Sequence record: DRR378314_578
DNA: 64,000 nt
Direction: 5' to 3' (one strand)
The notes beneath the pieces are model-generated. The model had not been told where the DNA came from, did no database searches, and saw only the letters and a program-made list of their open reading frames with translations. Below are positions 29,355 to 38,768 of this stretch, piece by piece; position 1 is the stretch's first letter; every line of letters begins with the position of its first letter. Position numbers and translations under genes: made by a program.

Positions 29355-29972
29355 ATGTACATATTTGGTGCCGGTGGTCATGGAAAAGCAATAATAGACT
29401 TAATCATTTCTGAATTTGGATTAAAAATAGACGGTCTATTTGATGATAATCAAAATGGTGAGATTATGGGAATACCCATCACCAGCATAGAAGACCATAG
29501 TCTTTCTACTGAACAAGATTTCCATATTGCAATAGGGAACAATCAAATACGAAAAGAGATTTCCCATAAGCTGAACGTAAACTATCCAAAGTTGGTTCAT
29601 CCCTCAAGTACGATTTCCAAATTCGCCAAATTAGAAGATGGTACGGTAGTAATGCCACAATCCTCAATTAAGGCAATGACGGAAATTGGAAAACATTGCA
29701 TTGTTAATGCAGGAGCCATTATCGGTCATGACGTAAAGATTGGTGATTACGTCCATATTGCCCCAAATAGTGCCGTGGCAGGTTTTGTAAATATAGAAGA
29801 GGGTGTACATATAGGGCTGGGCGCCTCGGTAATCCAAGGAGTTAATATTGGAAAATGGTCCATAATCGGCGCTGGTGCTGTAATTATCAAAGACGTTCCC
29901 GACTATTCTGTTGTTGTGGGAAACCCTGGAAAAATTATTAAGTCGGTGATACACCACAATACGACTCCTTAA
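29355..29972 (+). CDS. PglD/NeuD/EpsM-type sugar N-acetyltransferase
   Basis: GAGGHG, IAIGNN..R, catalytic-type His in IGHD, and hexapeptide repeats. Confidence 0.9.
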   Translation: MYIFGAGGHGKAIIDLIISEFGLKIDGLFDDNQNGEIMGIPITSIEDHSLSTEQDFHIAIGNNQIRKEISHKLNVNYPKLVHPSSTISKFAKLEDGTVVMPQSSIKAMTEIGKHCIVNAGAIIGHDVKIGDYVHIAPNSAVAGFVNIEEGVHIGLGASVIQGVNIGKWSIIGAGAVIIKDVPDYSVVVGNPGKIIKSVIHHNTTP

Positions 29973-30205
29973 CAACTCCTTTCCCACCGATAGTCTGTTC
30001 CATAGATAATATTATATTGCCAAAATATAGAAAACAAATGGTCTACATAGCTTGTCTCTTGTAATCAATGTTTTAAGCGGACAACAATTAAACTTATTAA
30101 TTAGCCTTTGGTCTATAAAAAATCCATTGTAAGGAACAAATCATTTTTTTTGTTATCCTTAGAAAATGTCTGTTTACTTGTACCATTAAAAATAAATCAA
30201 TCGAC

Positions 30206-30820
30206 GTGTACACCAATTTCATTAAGAGGCTTCTGGACTTTATCCTATCTTTAATAGGGTTTGCAATTTTGTCTCCCATTTTCATTTTCACCTATCTTGT
30301 AATCTTACTTATCAACCATGGAAATCCCCTGTTTTTTCAAAAAAGACCTGGTAAGAATGAGAAGGTCTTCAAAATAATGAAATTTAAAACCATGACCGAC
30401 CAGCGGGACTCAGAAGGAAATTTGTTGCCAGATGAAGAAAGGTTGACCAAAATTGGAGACTTTATGCGTAAATCTTCCTTGGACGAAATTCCTCAGTTAA
30501 TCAATGTTATAAAAGGGGACATGAGTTTAGTAGGACCGAGACCACTGCGGGTTCATTATTTGCCCCATTATACAAAAAGAGAAGCTTTAAGACACACTGT
30601 TAGGCCAGGAATTACAGGGTTGGCACAAGTTTCAGGAAGAAATGCCCTTGGGTGGGATCAAAAATTGGAGAAAGATGTTGAGTACGTGGAAAATCTATCT
30701 TTTGCTTTGGATTTATCCATATTAATGAAGACAGTGGCAAAAGTATTCAAAGGTTCAAACGTAATTCTTGATGATACAATGCAGACTTTTGATGAATATA
30801 GAATGAATCAATCCAAATGA
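30206..30820 (+). CDS. Small monotopic phosphoglycosyl transferase (PglC/EpsL type)
   Basis: KRLLD, F.Q.RPG, KFKTM, SLDEIPQL.NV..GDMSLVGPRP and RPGITGLAQV. GTG start. Confidence 0.93.
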   Translation: MYTNFIKRLLDFILSLIGFAILSPIFIFTYLVILLINHGNPLFFQKRPGKNEKVFKIMKFKTMTDQRDSEGNLLPDEERLTKIGDFMRKSSLDEIPQLINVIKGDMSLVGPRPLRVHYLPHYTKREALRHTVRPGITGLAQVSGRNALGWDQKLEKDVEYVENLSFALDLSILMKTVAKVFKGSNVILDDTMQTFDEYRMNQSK

Positions 30821-31593
30821 GAATTTTATTATTGACAGGTCTTGGCTTAAGGAGCAATATTGTTTATGCACACCTAAATAAGAATCATAAGGTGATTGGT
30901 ATAGTGATTGATAATACCTATAGCCGAAAAAAAGCAATTGCGGATAAAATTAAGAGAAGAATCAAAAAATATGGTTGGATCAAGGTAATCGGGCAAATCC
31001 TGTTTACAAGGATTATGGTTCCGTTGCTAAAAATAGAATCAAAAAAACGAACAGAAAACCTGTTAAAAGATAGGCTTGCAAAAAAGCCTTCCAAACATTT
31101 TAATGTGTTAAAAACCAATGATATTAATAGTAGGGAAGTTCATGATTTTATTCTAAAGAACAATCCTGACCTTATCGTTGTTCACGGTACTACCATAATT
31201 AAAGAAGAAACCCTCTCCATTTTGGACAATAGGCCCATAATCAACTTCCATGTTGGAATTACACCGAAATACCGTGGGCTCCATGGTGGGTATTGGGCGC
31301 TCTATAATGGCGATGAGGCCAATTTTGGATCTACTGTGCATTTTTTGGATAAAGGAATTGATACTGGTGCCGTAATCAAACAAAAAAGAATGAAACCCAC
31401 AAAGCATGACAATTTTTACACTTACTTATTGCTCCAAACCATTAAAGGCCTTAAATCTTTGGATGAGGCAATAAATTTTATCGCCAATGGCGGGAACATT
31501 AAAAAAAGTGAAAATGGTAAAAAAGGTAAATTTTATACGCAACCAACTATTTCGCAATATCTATACAAACGACTTGTATATGGTGTTAAATAA
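30817..31593 (+). CDS. Formyltransferase (N10-formyl-THF-dependent fold)
   Basis: INFH.G..PKYRG and GSTVHFLDKGIDTG motifs. Confidence 0.85.
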   Translation: MRILLLTGLGLRSNIVYAHLNKNHKVIGIVIDNTYSRKKAIADKIKRRIKKYGWIKVIGQILFTRIMVPLLKIESKKRTENLLKDRLAKKPSKHFNVLKTNDINSREVHDFILKNNPDLIVVHGTTIIKEETLSILDNRPIINFHVGITPKYRGLHGGYWALYNGDEANFGSTVHFLDKGIDTGAVIKQKRMKPTKHDNFYTYLLLQTIKGLKSLDEAINFIANGGNIKKSENGKKGKFYTQPTISQYLYKRLVYGVK

Positions 31594-31611
31594 ACTACTA
31601 TTGAGGACAAA

Positions 31612-32481
31612 ATGATTCAACCAATACTAGATAATATATATGTGTATAGAGATGACCTATTCCCCTTCTTAGGAGGCGGTAACAAGGCTAGAAAAATGAT
31701 AGCCCTAGATAATGTTGTTAAGAAAGGGTTATATGATGCACTGGTAACCACTGGAGGTATACAATCTAATCATTGTCGTGCAACAGCACTTTATTGTCAA
31801 AAATTCAATCTTGGCTGCACTCTAGTCATTCATGGCAATGAATCGGAATTCCATGAACAATCCGGTAATGCAAAAATAATGCGGGAGTGCGAAGCAGACT
31901 TAATTTTCTGTGACGCCTCGGAGATTTCCATGGTTATGGATCAGGCAATGGAAGATTACCGAAAAAAGGGACATAAGCCTTATTATCTCTACGGAGGTGG
32001 ACATACTTTAGAAGGTGGAAAGGCTTATTCAGATGAAATTGAAAGGATAGTAAAAAGTGGTTTCACCCCAGAACAAATTTATATTGCATCAGGAACTGGG
32101 TCCACTCAAGCGGGGATTCTTGCCGGAGTCTCCAAACTTGGCCTTGACACTAAGGTAATCGGAATTTCGATTGGCAGACAAAAGGAAAGAGCAGAAAAGG
32201 TCCTTAGGGAGTTTTATGAACAGTTGTGCCATAGCCAAAATATACCATGTACCGGAGAAGTCACTGTAGACGATAGGTTCCTATGTGGCGGTTATCAACA
32301 ATACAATGAGGGTATCCTAAATACCGTAAAAAATTCCCTGGCAAAATATAATATCCTATTGGATACCACATATACCGGAAAAGCGTTTTATGGAATGCTG
32401 GAAATATTGAAAGAAAAACCTAGCCAAGGCAATGTTTTGTTTTGGAACACAGGGGGAATGTATAATTACTTTTCTACATGA
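31612..32481 (+). CDS. ACC deaminase / D-cysteine desulfhydrase family PLP enzyme
   Basis: RDDL..GGNKARK, GGIQSNHCR, SGTGST.AG, D..YTGKA and WNTGG. Confidence 0.85.
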   Translation: MIQPILDNIYVYRDDLFPFLGGGNKARKMIALDNVVKKGLYDALVTTGGIQSNHCRATALYCQKFNLGCTLVIHGNESEFHEQSGNAKIMRECEADLIFCDASEISMVMDQAMEDYRKKGHKPYYLYGGGHTLEGGKAYSDEIERIVKSGFTPEQIYIASGTGSTQAGILAGVSKLGLDTKVIGISIGRQKERAEKVLREFYEQLCHSQNIPCTGEVTVDDRFLCGGYQQYNEGILNTVKNSLAKYNILLDTTYTGKAFYGMLEILKEKPSQGNVLFWNTGGMYNYFST

Positions 32482-33494
32482 TTGAAATAATACATAAAAA
32501 AGAAGATTGGGACCGGGTTTTATCGGAAATTGGCAAGTTTGATTTCTATCATACCTATGGATACCACAATGTACTCGCTAATGAAGGTGAGCAACCATTA
32601 TTGGTGGTGTATTCTTCACAAGATATAATAATCGCTTTCCCATTTGTTAAGCGCAAAATCAATGAGAAATATTACGATATAAAAAGTGTCCATGGTTATT
32701 TGGGGCCCGTGCATACTGACCTACCCCCAGATTTCGATAACACAGATTTTAAATCCGAATTTGAGGAATTATTGGTTTCGGAAAATATTGTTACGGCTTT
32801 TTCCAGACTAAATCCCTTTTTAAACGGACAAGCCAAGGTACTTGAGGCGTTAGGGCAAATAGAGACCATTGGTGAGTTAATCTATTTTGACCAGCAAATG
32901 GACGATGAGACACAAAAGTCCCACTACAACAAAAATACCAGGCGAACTCTAAAAAAATTAAGGCAGACCGCTAGTGTCATTGAAGGGAAAAGCCCATCGG
33001 ACATTGACACTTTCATTGAAATCTACCACAATACCATGCGCCGATTAAATGCCAAAGAAGTTTTCTATTTTGGTCATGACTATTTCAATGAACTGATAGA
33101 CTCTGAGCAAATTAATAGCAAAATATTATTTGCTGTACATAATGAAACAAAGGACATCATTGCAGCTGCCTTTGTTACACATTCTGGTGAGATTTGTCAT
33201 CTTGAGCTGGTGGCTACCAATGAGGACTATTTTAAATATAGCCCTTCGAGGCTTCTTTATGATGAAGCCAGGTCCATTATGAAAAATGATGAAATTAAAT
33301 ATTTGGTGCTGGGCGGTGGCACTGGAGGTAGAGAAGGTTCGTTAATGCGGTTTAAATCATCGTTCACCCAGAATTACATAGATTATAACATCTGGAAGTT
33401 TATAGCAATTCCAGATATTTATGAATCACTACAAAGTGAATTTCAAAGAAACCATGAATCCAATTTTTTTCCAAAATATAGAATACCAGAATAG
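32478..33494 (+). CDS. GNAT/FemAB-like acyltransferase
   Basis: DFYHTY.Y, GYLGP, IY..TM.R..A...YF and LGGG...SL.RFK.SF pattern. Confidence 0.75.
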   Translation: MIEIIHKKEDWDRVLSEIGKFDFYHTYGYHNVLANEGEQPLLVVYSSQDIIIAFPFVKRKINEKYYDIKSVHGYLGPVHTDLPPDFDNTDFKSEFEELLVSENIVTAFSRLNPFLNGQAKVLEALGQIETIGELIYFDQQMDDETQKSHYNKNTRRTLKKLRQTASVIEGKSPSDIDTFIEIYHNTMRRLNAKEVFYFGHDYFNELIDSEQINSKILFAVHNETKDIIAAAFVTHSGEICHLELVATNEDYFKYSPSRLLYDEARSIMKNDEIKYLVLGGGTGGREGSLMRFKSSFTQNYIDYNIWKFIAIPDIYESLQSEFQRNHESNFFPKYRIPE

Positions 33495-33524
33495 GTATTA
33501 AGTATAAAATAAACAAATACTGAT

Positions 33525-34535
33525 TTGAATATATTATTTACATGTGCCGGAAGACGGAACTACCTCATTAACTACTTCAAGGAAGCTTTGAATGGTGAGG
33601 GTACCATATTGGCTGCTGATAACCAATTATCAGCTCCGGCAATGGTTGATGCGGATATCTCAATAAAGGTTCCAAGTATTTATTCCCCCAACTATATAGA
33701 AAAGTTAAAAAGTATCATCCGGGAATATAAGGTGAATGCTATTATTTCACTCAACGACCTAGAGCTACCTATACTTTCCAATAACAAAGTTGAATTGGAA
33801 ACCCTAGGGGTTAAAGTATTGATTTCTGAAAACGATATTGTTGACATTGCTTTTGATAAGTGGAAAACAGTTGAATTTGTGGAAAAAATAGGGCTGAAAT
33901 CCCCAAAAACATTTTTAACAATAGCTGACACTATTAACGCCGTTGAAAAAGGCGCCATCAGTTTTCCTATTGTTATTAAGCCAAGATGGGGTAGCGCTTC
34001 TATAGGAATAGAATTTCCAGAAAACAGGCGAGAATTTGAATTGATGTATGAGTTGCTGAAAATGAAGCTCAAAAAATCTATTCTGAACAATGTAAACGAT
34101 GTTGAGGTTGAAAGTGCGCTTATCTTTCAAGAAAAAATAGCTGGAGATGAGTATGGAATGGATGTACTCAATGATTTTAACGGCAACTATTTTGGAACTT
34201 TTGCCCGCAAAAAATTATCCATGCGGTCGGGAGAAACTGACAAAGCCATGTCTTATATTGATAGTGCATTATCCCAAATTGGTCAAACTTTAGGAGAAAA
34301 TTCCAAATATTTGGGCAATATGGATTGTGATGTCTTTGTCAAAGATGGTCAGACATATGTATTGGAGCTTAATCCACGATTTGGGGGCGGCTACCCATTT
34401 TCACACGAAGCGGGTATCAATACAGCTTCCATTTATATTTCTTGGCTAAAAGGAAACCATGATGTAAGTCAATTTAATAATTACAAGCATGGTTTGGTCT
34501 TTTCAAAATGTGATAGAATGATCAAAATTCGTTGA
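33525..34535 (+). CDS. ATP-grasp domain ligase
   Basis: NIL.T.AGRR, DKW, IKPRWGSAS, QE.I.G.EY and ELNPRFGGG. Confidence 0.85.
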   Translation: MNILFTCAGRRNYLINYFKEALNGEGTILAADNQLSAPAMVDADISIKVPSIYSPNYIEKLKSIIREYKVNAIISLNDLELPILSNNKVELETLGVKVLISENDIVDIAFDKWKTVEFVEKIGLKSPKTFLTIADTINAVEKGAISFPIVIKPRWGSASIGIEFPENRREFELMYELLKMKLKKSILNNVNDVEVESALIFQEKIAGDEYGMDVLNDFNGNYFGTFARKKLSMRSGETDKAMSYIDSALSQIGQTLGENSKYLGNMDCDVFVKDGQTYVLELNPRFGGGYPFSHEAGINTASIYISWLKGNHDVSQFNNYKHGLVFSKCDRMIKIR

Positions 34536-34569
34536 CCATTATTGTTTTAAGACCATTGACTACCAATGT

Positions 34570-35517
34570 CTATTTTCTTTTTGCAAAACCTTCCATTGCC
34601 AACTTGTCCGAAATAAGCTTTGCCAACAATTTTCTACCATTATTGTTCCAATGTTGGTCATATATCAATGTGGTAGGTTCTTTTGATGCTTCAAAAATAT
34701 TGGCATAATCCATGTAGTCGTAGTTATGCCTTTTTAGATAAGACACAAAACGCTCATCAGTCTGGTCTGAGTTCAACAAAAAGATCATCCTTTTCCTATC
34801 AAACCCATATTTTTCTATTACCGATTCAAAGTTACTTGCTCTTGTTGGATAGGTATCTGACATATCAAGATGATCCTCTTTTTTTATGTTCTTTTTCAAA
34901 AACTTAAGAGACATTATATTCCCTACCATATTCTTGATTGGATCAAAAAGGCCAATCATTTTTGCATACACATACAACTTGGAATGGTTTAGAAATGGAA
35001 GTGCAAGTTTTCTTTCTACATATTTATATTCCGCTCTATCCAAATCCCCTTCATAGTCCAGATATATGATTATTTTATCAATCTTGTCAAACTCTTCTTG
35101 ATAAGATTCCATCAAATGCATAGCATCCGCAAAATCATTGCTAGAGTGCCCATATTCATAAACTTTGATTCCAGGCATGCGTTCTTCAATTTTTTTTCCA
35201 ATTGAATTGTCAACATCTTGATGGAATCCTTCAATAAATGAGTCCCCTACAATAGCTACTTCAATACTATCCGCCGACGGGTTAAAATCCTTTTCGGAAT
35301 TAAAACCAGAACTATTGATATGGTATTTAGCAAAATTCTGTCGCCGATTTCCATGTACTGAGTATCCCGTTTGGCCTGGTATCCATTTAAGTATTCCTTT
35401 CTCATCCGTATACCTGATTGGGCGATCGTCATATAAATGAAAAAATCGAACCAATGCCTCAAAAACCAACATCATTAAAATGAAATAGAATACTATTTTA
35501 ACCAAAATCTTTCTCAT
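34570..35517 (-). CDS. Membrane-anchored SGNH-fold protein (AlgJ/PatB/DltD-like acyltransferase)
   Basis: N-terminal TM, block I GDSF and C-terminal DQHWN (DxH). Lies 2 nt downstream of the MBOAT gene. Confidence 0.75.
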   Translation of the reverse strand: MRKILVKIVFYFILMMLVFEALVRFFHLYDDRPIRYTDEKGILKWIPGQTGYSVHGNRRQNFAKYHINSSGFNSEKDFNPSADSIEVAIVGDSFIEGFHQDVDNSIGKKIEERMPGIKVYEYGHSSNDFADAMHLMESYQEEFDKIDKIIIYLDYEGDLDRAEYKYVERKLALPFLNHSKLYVYAKMIGLFDPIKNMVGNIMSLKFLKKNIKKEDHLDMSDTYPTRASNFESVIEKYGFDRKRMIFLLNSDQTDERFVSYLKRHNYDYMDYANIFEASKEPTTLIYDQHWNNNGRKLLAKLISDKLAMEGFAKRK

Positions 35518-35519
35518 CT

Positions 35520-36971
35520 CTAAAACTGAAAATATATAAATGACCGGTCTACTCCATCATCATAAAATAATAGCATTAAAAACACAAGGACGGTATAAAC
35601 AGCAAACCTCACAAACTTACTCTTAAAATTAAATGGATTTCTCTCATCCCTTCGCATGACATATTCAAAGACCACAAAAGCGAACAATAAAACAAAATAG
35701 TCGATCATTCTATAGCCTCTTGGATGCAGGTATGGCCCGTAGGTAAGCCCGAATAACATTTCCTTTAGGTACATCCATGACATTGAAAGACTTTCGCTTC
35801 TAAAAAACACCCAGCCCACCGTTACCAAAAAGAATGTCATCACAATTTGACTACCTTCTATTGCAAAACTTTTAATAGAAGAGAAAACATGGGGAACGTC
35901 CATGAATCGCCTATGCGACTTATTAAAAAATAATGGTATAAAAAGCAAAGCATGAAAAAAGCCCCAAAAAATAAAAGTCCAGTTGGCTCCATGCCAAAAT
36001 CCACTTACTAGAAATATTATCAATACATTTCGTACTGCTTTTATCTGTTTAGTTTTTGAACCTCCAAGAGGGATATATAAATAATCCCTAAACCAAGTGG
36101 ACAATGAAATGTGCCAACGTCTCCAAAACTCCCCAATATCTCTGGAAAAGTACGGAAATTTAAAATTGGACATCAATTCAACACCAAATAGTTTTGCAGT
36201 ACCAATAGCAATATCCGAATAGCCCGAGAAGTCACCATATATTTGAAACGCAAAAAATATAGCTCCCATCGCCAATGTCGATGATGGATATTGGGCTGCA
36301 TTTGTGAAGATATCATCAACCATTGGAGCCAACGAATCCGCAACTACTACTTTTTTAAATAGCCCCCAAAGCATCAACTTTAATCCATCACTTGCTTGTC
36401 CATAATCAAACTTTCTTTTTCTGGAGATTTGTGGCATCAGATTGGATGCACGTTCAATCGGACCAGCCACCAACTGGGGGAAAAAGCTCACGAAAGTTGC
36501 AAATGCAACGAAATCCTTCGTAGGTTTGAGTTTGCCTTTATAAATGTCCAAAGAATAGGACAATGTCTGAAATGTATAGAAAGAAATTCCGACTGGGAGT
36601 ATTATATTCAGTGTCCATACATTACTAATTTGATGGCCGAAGAATGAGAAGGTTTCCACGAAAGAATCCACAAAAAAATTATAATACTTAAAGAATCCTA
36701 GAAGGCCGAGATTACAAACTATACTTACCCAAAGATAGTTTCGCTTTATTTTTCTATTTGTTGTTTTTGCTATTCCCAAGCCAACAAAATAATCCACTAT
36801 TGTTGAGAATAGGATTAGTGACAGAAATCGATAATCCCACCAGCCGTAAAACACATAACTGGAAAATAATAAAAGTAGATTTTGGACCTTTAGTGATTTA
36901 TTGTTCAAAAACCAATATGCAAAATATACTATTGGTAAAAAGACAAAGAACTCTAATGAGTTAAATAACAT
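35520..36971 (-). CDS. MBOAT acyltransferase (AlgI/PatA/DltB type)
   Basis: LPVGISFYTFQ, FFPQLVAGPI, DFSGYSD, FWRRWHISLS.W.RDY and SGFWHGA. C-terminus FIYFQF. Confidence 0.93.
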   Translation of the reverse strand: MLFNSLEFFVFLPIVYFAYWFLNNKSLKVQNLLLLFSSYVFYGWWDYRFLSLILFSTIVDYFVGLGIAKTTNRKIKRNYLWVSIVCNLGLLGFFKYYNFFVDSFVETFSFFGHQISNVWTLNIILPVGISFYTFQTLSYSLDIYKGKLKPTKDFVAFATFVSFFPQLVAGPIERASNLMPQISRKRKFDYGQASDGLKLMLWGLFKKVVVADSLAPMVDDIFTNAAQYPSSTLAMGAIFFAFQIYGDFSGYSDIAIGTAKLFGVELMSNFKFPYFSRDIGEFWRRWHISLSTWFRDYLYIPLGGSKTKQIKAVRNVLIIFLVSGFWHGANWTFIFWGFFHALLFIPLFFNKSHRRFMDVPHVFSSIKSFAIEGSQIVMTFFLVTVGWVFFRSESLSMSWMYLKEMLFGLTYGPYLHPRGYRMIDYFVLLFAFVVFEYVMRRDERNPFNFKSKFVRFAVYTVLVFLMLLFYDDGVDRSFIYFQF

Positions 36972-36995
36972 ATATCAAACTTGGTGGTTAATCCA

Positions 36996-38702
36996 TTATT
37001 TGGTTAAAACGTAATTGCCTATCACCAAAGCATCCAAGCCTGTGGACCAAAAACAGCGGATGGCATCATTGGGCGACTCCACCACTGGTTCTCCTTGGAT
37101 ATTAAAACTAGTGTTCAAAACAACCGGAACACCCGTTTTCTTTCCAAGCTTCTCAATAACTTCATAGTATCTCGGATGCAACTCTTTTCGAACTGTTTGA
37201 AGACGGGCACTTCCATCCACATGGGTCACAGCAGGAATTACTGATTGTTTTTCCGGAAGCACATTACAAACTTTGAGCATAAAAGGGGCTTCAACTTCCA
37301 GATCAAAAAATTCGTCCTTTGCCTCTACAATGGCTGAAGGTGCAAATGGTCGATAGGCCTCTCTGAATTTAACCTCTGCATTAATCTTGTCTTTCATATC
37401 TGGAAATGCAGGATTGGCTAAGATACTTCGACTTCCAAGGGCTCTTGGCCCTACCTCCATCCTATCTTGGAACCAACCAATAATCTTCCCTTTTTGCAAT
37501 AGCTCCGCAGCATAATCACATATATCTTCAACGTATTCATATTTTAACTTAGCGCCATCTAATACAGTTTTAATCTCTTTATTAGAATATTTAGTACCTA
37601 AATAAGGATTATCATGTACAAAATTTCTTGGTCTGTCGAGAATACCGTTATAAAGATAATAAGCTGCTCCCAAAGCAGTTCCATTGTCACCTGCCGCTGG
37701 CATTACATAAACATCTTTAAATTTACTTTCGCGCACAATCCTACCGTTCATTACACTGTTCAAAGAAACTCCCCCTGCGATTACAAGGTAATCTTCCTTT
37801 GTCTTGGCATAAAGTATATCACATATCTCGAGTACCTTATCTTCTAAAACTCTTTGAAATGCTGCTGCTACATCTTGATGCCGTTGTGTGAACTTCTCAT
37901 TTGGCTTTCGGGCTGGGCCAAAGGTTTTTTCAAATTTATCTGAATAACGTTTTGCTGCCAGATACTGAAAATTAAAATAGCTCAAATCTAATTTGAACCT
38001 TCCCTTTTCATCAACGTTAATAATTTTTTTGACCTCCTCTAAATAGGTTTCAGGATTACCCATTGGTGCCAAGCCCATGGTTTTACCTTCATCATAATTG
38101 GGTTTGAAGCCACAAAATTGAGTGACAGCTTCATAAAAAGACCCCAAAGAATGTGGGAAAAAATTCTCACTTATTTTATTGATTTTATTGCCATTGCCTT
38201 GTCCAATCCAAGTGGTTGCCCATTCTCCCGCACCATCAATTCCTAGAAGAGCAGCACTTTTGTAGGGTGAAACAAAGAATGAACCTGCAACATGGGTCAA
38301 ATGGTGTTCAATAAAGTAAACTTTTGGCTTTTTGTCGCTTTTCCCCCAGTTCTCATTGTACCAGGCCCAAAAATTTCGCTGCATTAGATAGGTGTGTCCT
38401 ACGTGGTGCCCAACAAACCTTAAAAGGTTTTTGGACCTCACCAAGCCAAGAAAATATGATATCACATAAATTACCTTGTTCAGCCAATTGTGTTTTGGTT
38501 TTATGGATACAGCTATGTAGTCAACATCCTCATACGTAAGATTCGAATCTTGTAAACATCTCTTAGCAGAAAGTTTAGGAAACTCACGAGTATGTTTATC
38601 CCTATTTAATCTTTCCTCTTCAATTGCAGATTTAAGTTGTCCATCTATCACGACACAGGCAGATGAATCATGGAAAAAATAATTTAATCCAAGTATGACC
38701 AT
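36996..38702 (-). CDS. O-carbamoyltransferase (NodU/CmcH/TobZ family)
   Basis: HDSSA, EEERL.R.KH, HH..H, GGVSLNSVMN, GPRALG.RS, KFRE..RPFAP, THVDGSARLQT and LNTSFN. Confidence 0.93.
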   Translation of the reverse strand: MVILGLNYFFHDSSACVVIDGQLKSAIEEERLNRDKHTREFPKLSAKRCLQDSNLTYEDVDYIAVSIKPKHNWLNKVIYVISYFLGLVRSKNLLRFVGHHVGHTYLMQRNFWAWYNENWGKSDKKPKVYFIEHHLTHVAGSFFVSPYKSAALLGIDGAGEWATTWIGQGNGNKINKISENFFPHSLGSFYEAVTQFCGFKPNYDEGKTMGLAPMGNPETYLEEVKKIINVDEKGRFKLDLSYFNFQYLAAKRYSDKFEKTFGPARKPNEKFTQRHQDVAAAFQRVLEDKVLEICDILYAKTKEDYLVIAGGVSLNSVMNGRIVRESKFKDVYVMPAAGDNGTALGAAYYLYNGILDRPRNFVHDNPYLGTKYSNKEIKTVLDGAKLKYEYVEDICDYAAELLQKGKIIGWFQDRMEVGPRALGSRSILANPAFPDMKDKINAEVKFREAYRPFAPSAIVEAKDEFFDLEVEAPFMLKVCNVLPEKQSVIPAVTHVDGSARLQTVRKELHPRYYEVIEKLGKKTGVPVVLNTSFNIQGEPVVESPNDAIRCFWSTGLDALVIGNYVLTK

Positions 38703-38768
38703 AATTATTTAAGTATTAATAGGGAAAACTTTAAGTATGCTTTAATAAGCCAATGAAAATAGGTTGGT

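Noticed and set aside
30097-30291. 64-aa minus-strand ORF in the spacer before the phosphoglycosyl transferase
   Set aside because: It overlaps the 5' end of the transferase gene on the opposite strand and has no supporting features.
31612-32481. Plant-growth-promoting ACC deaminase (acdS)
   Set aside because: The protein is short and divergent, has no acdR neighbour and sits in a glycan operon. Only the family-level call is supported.
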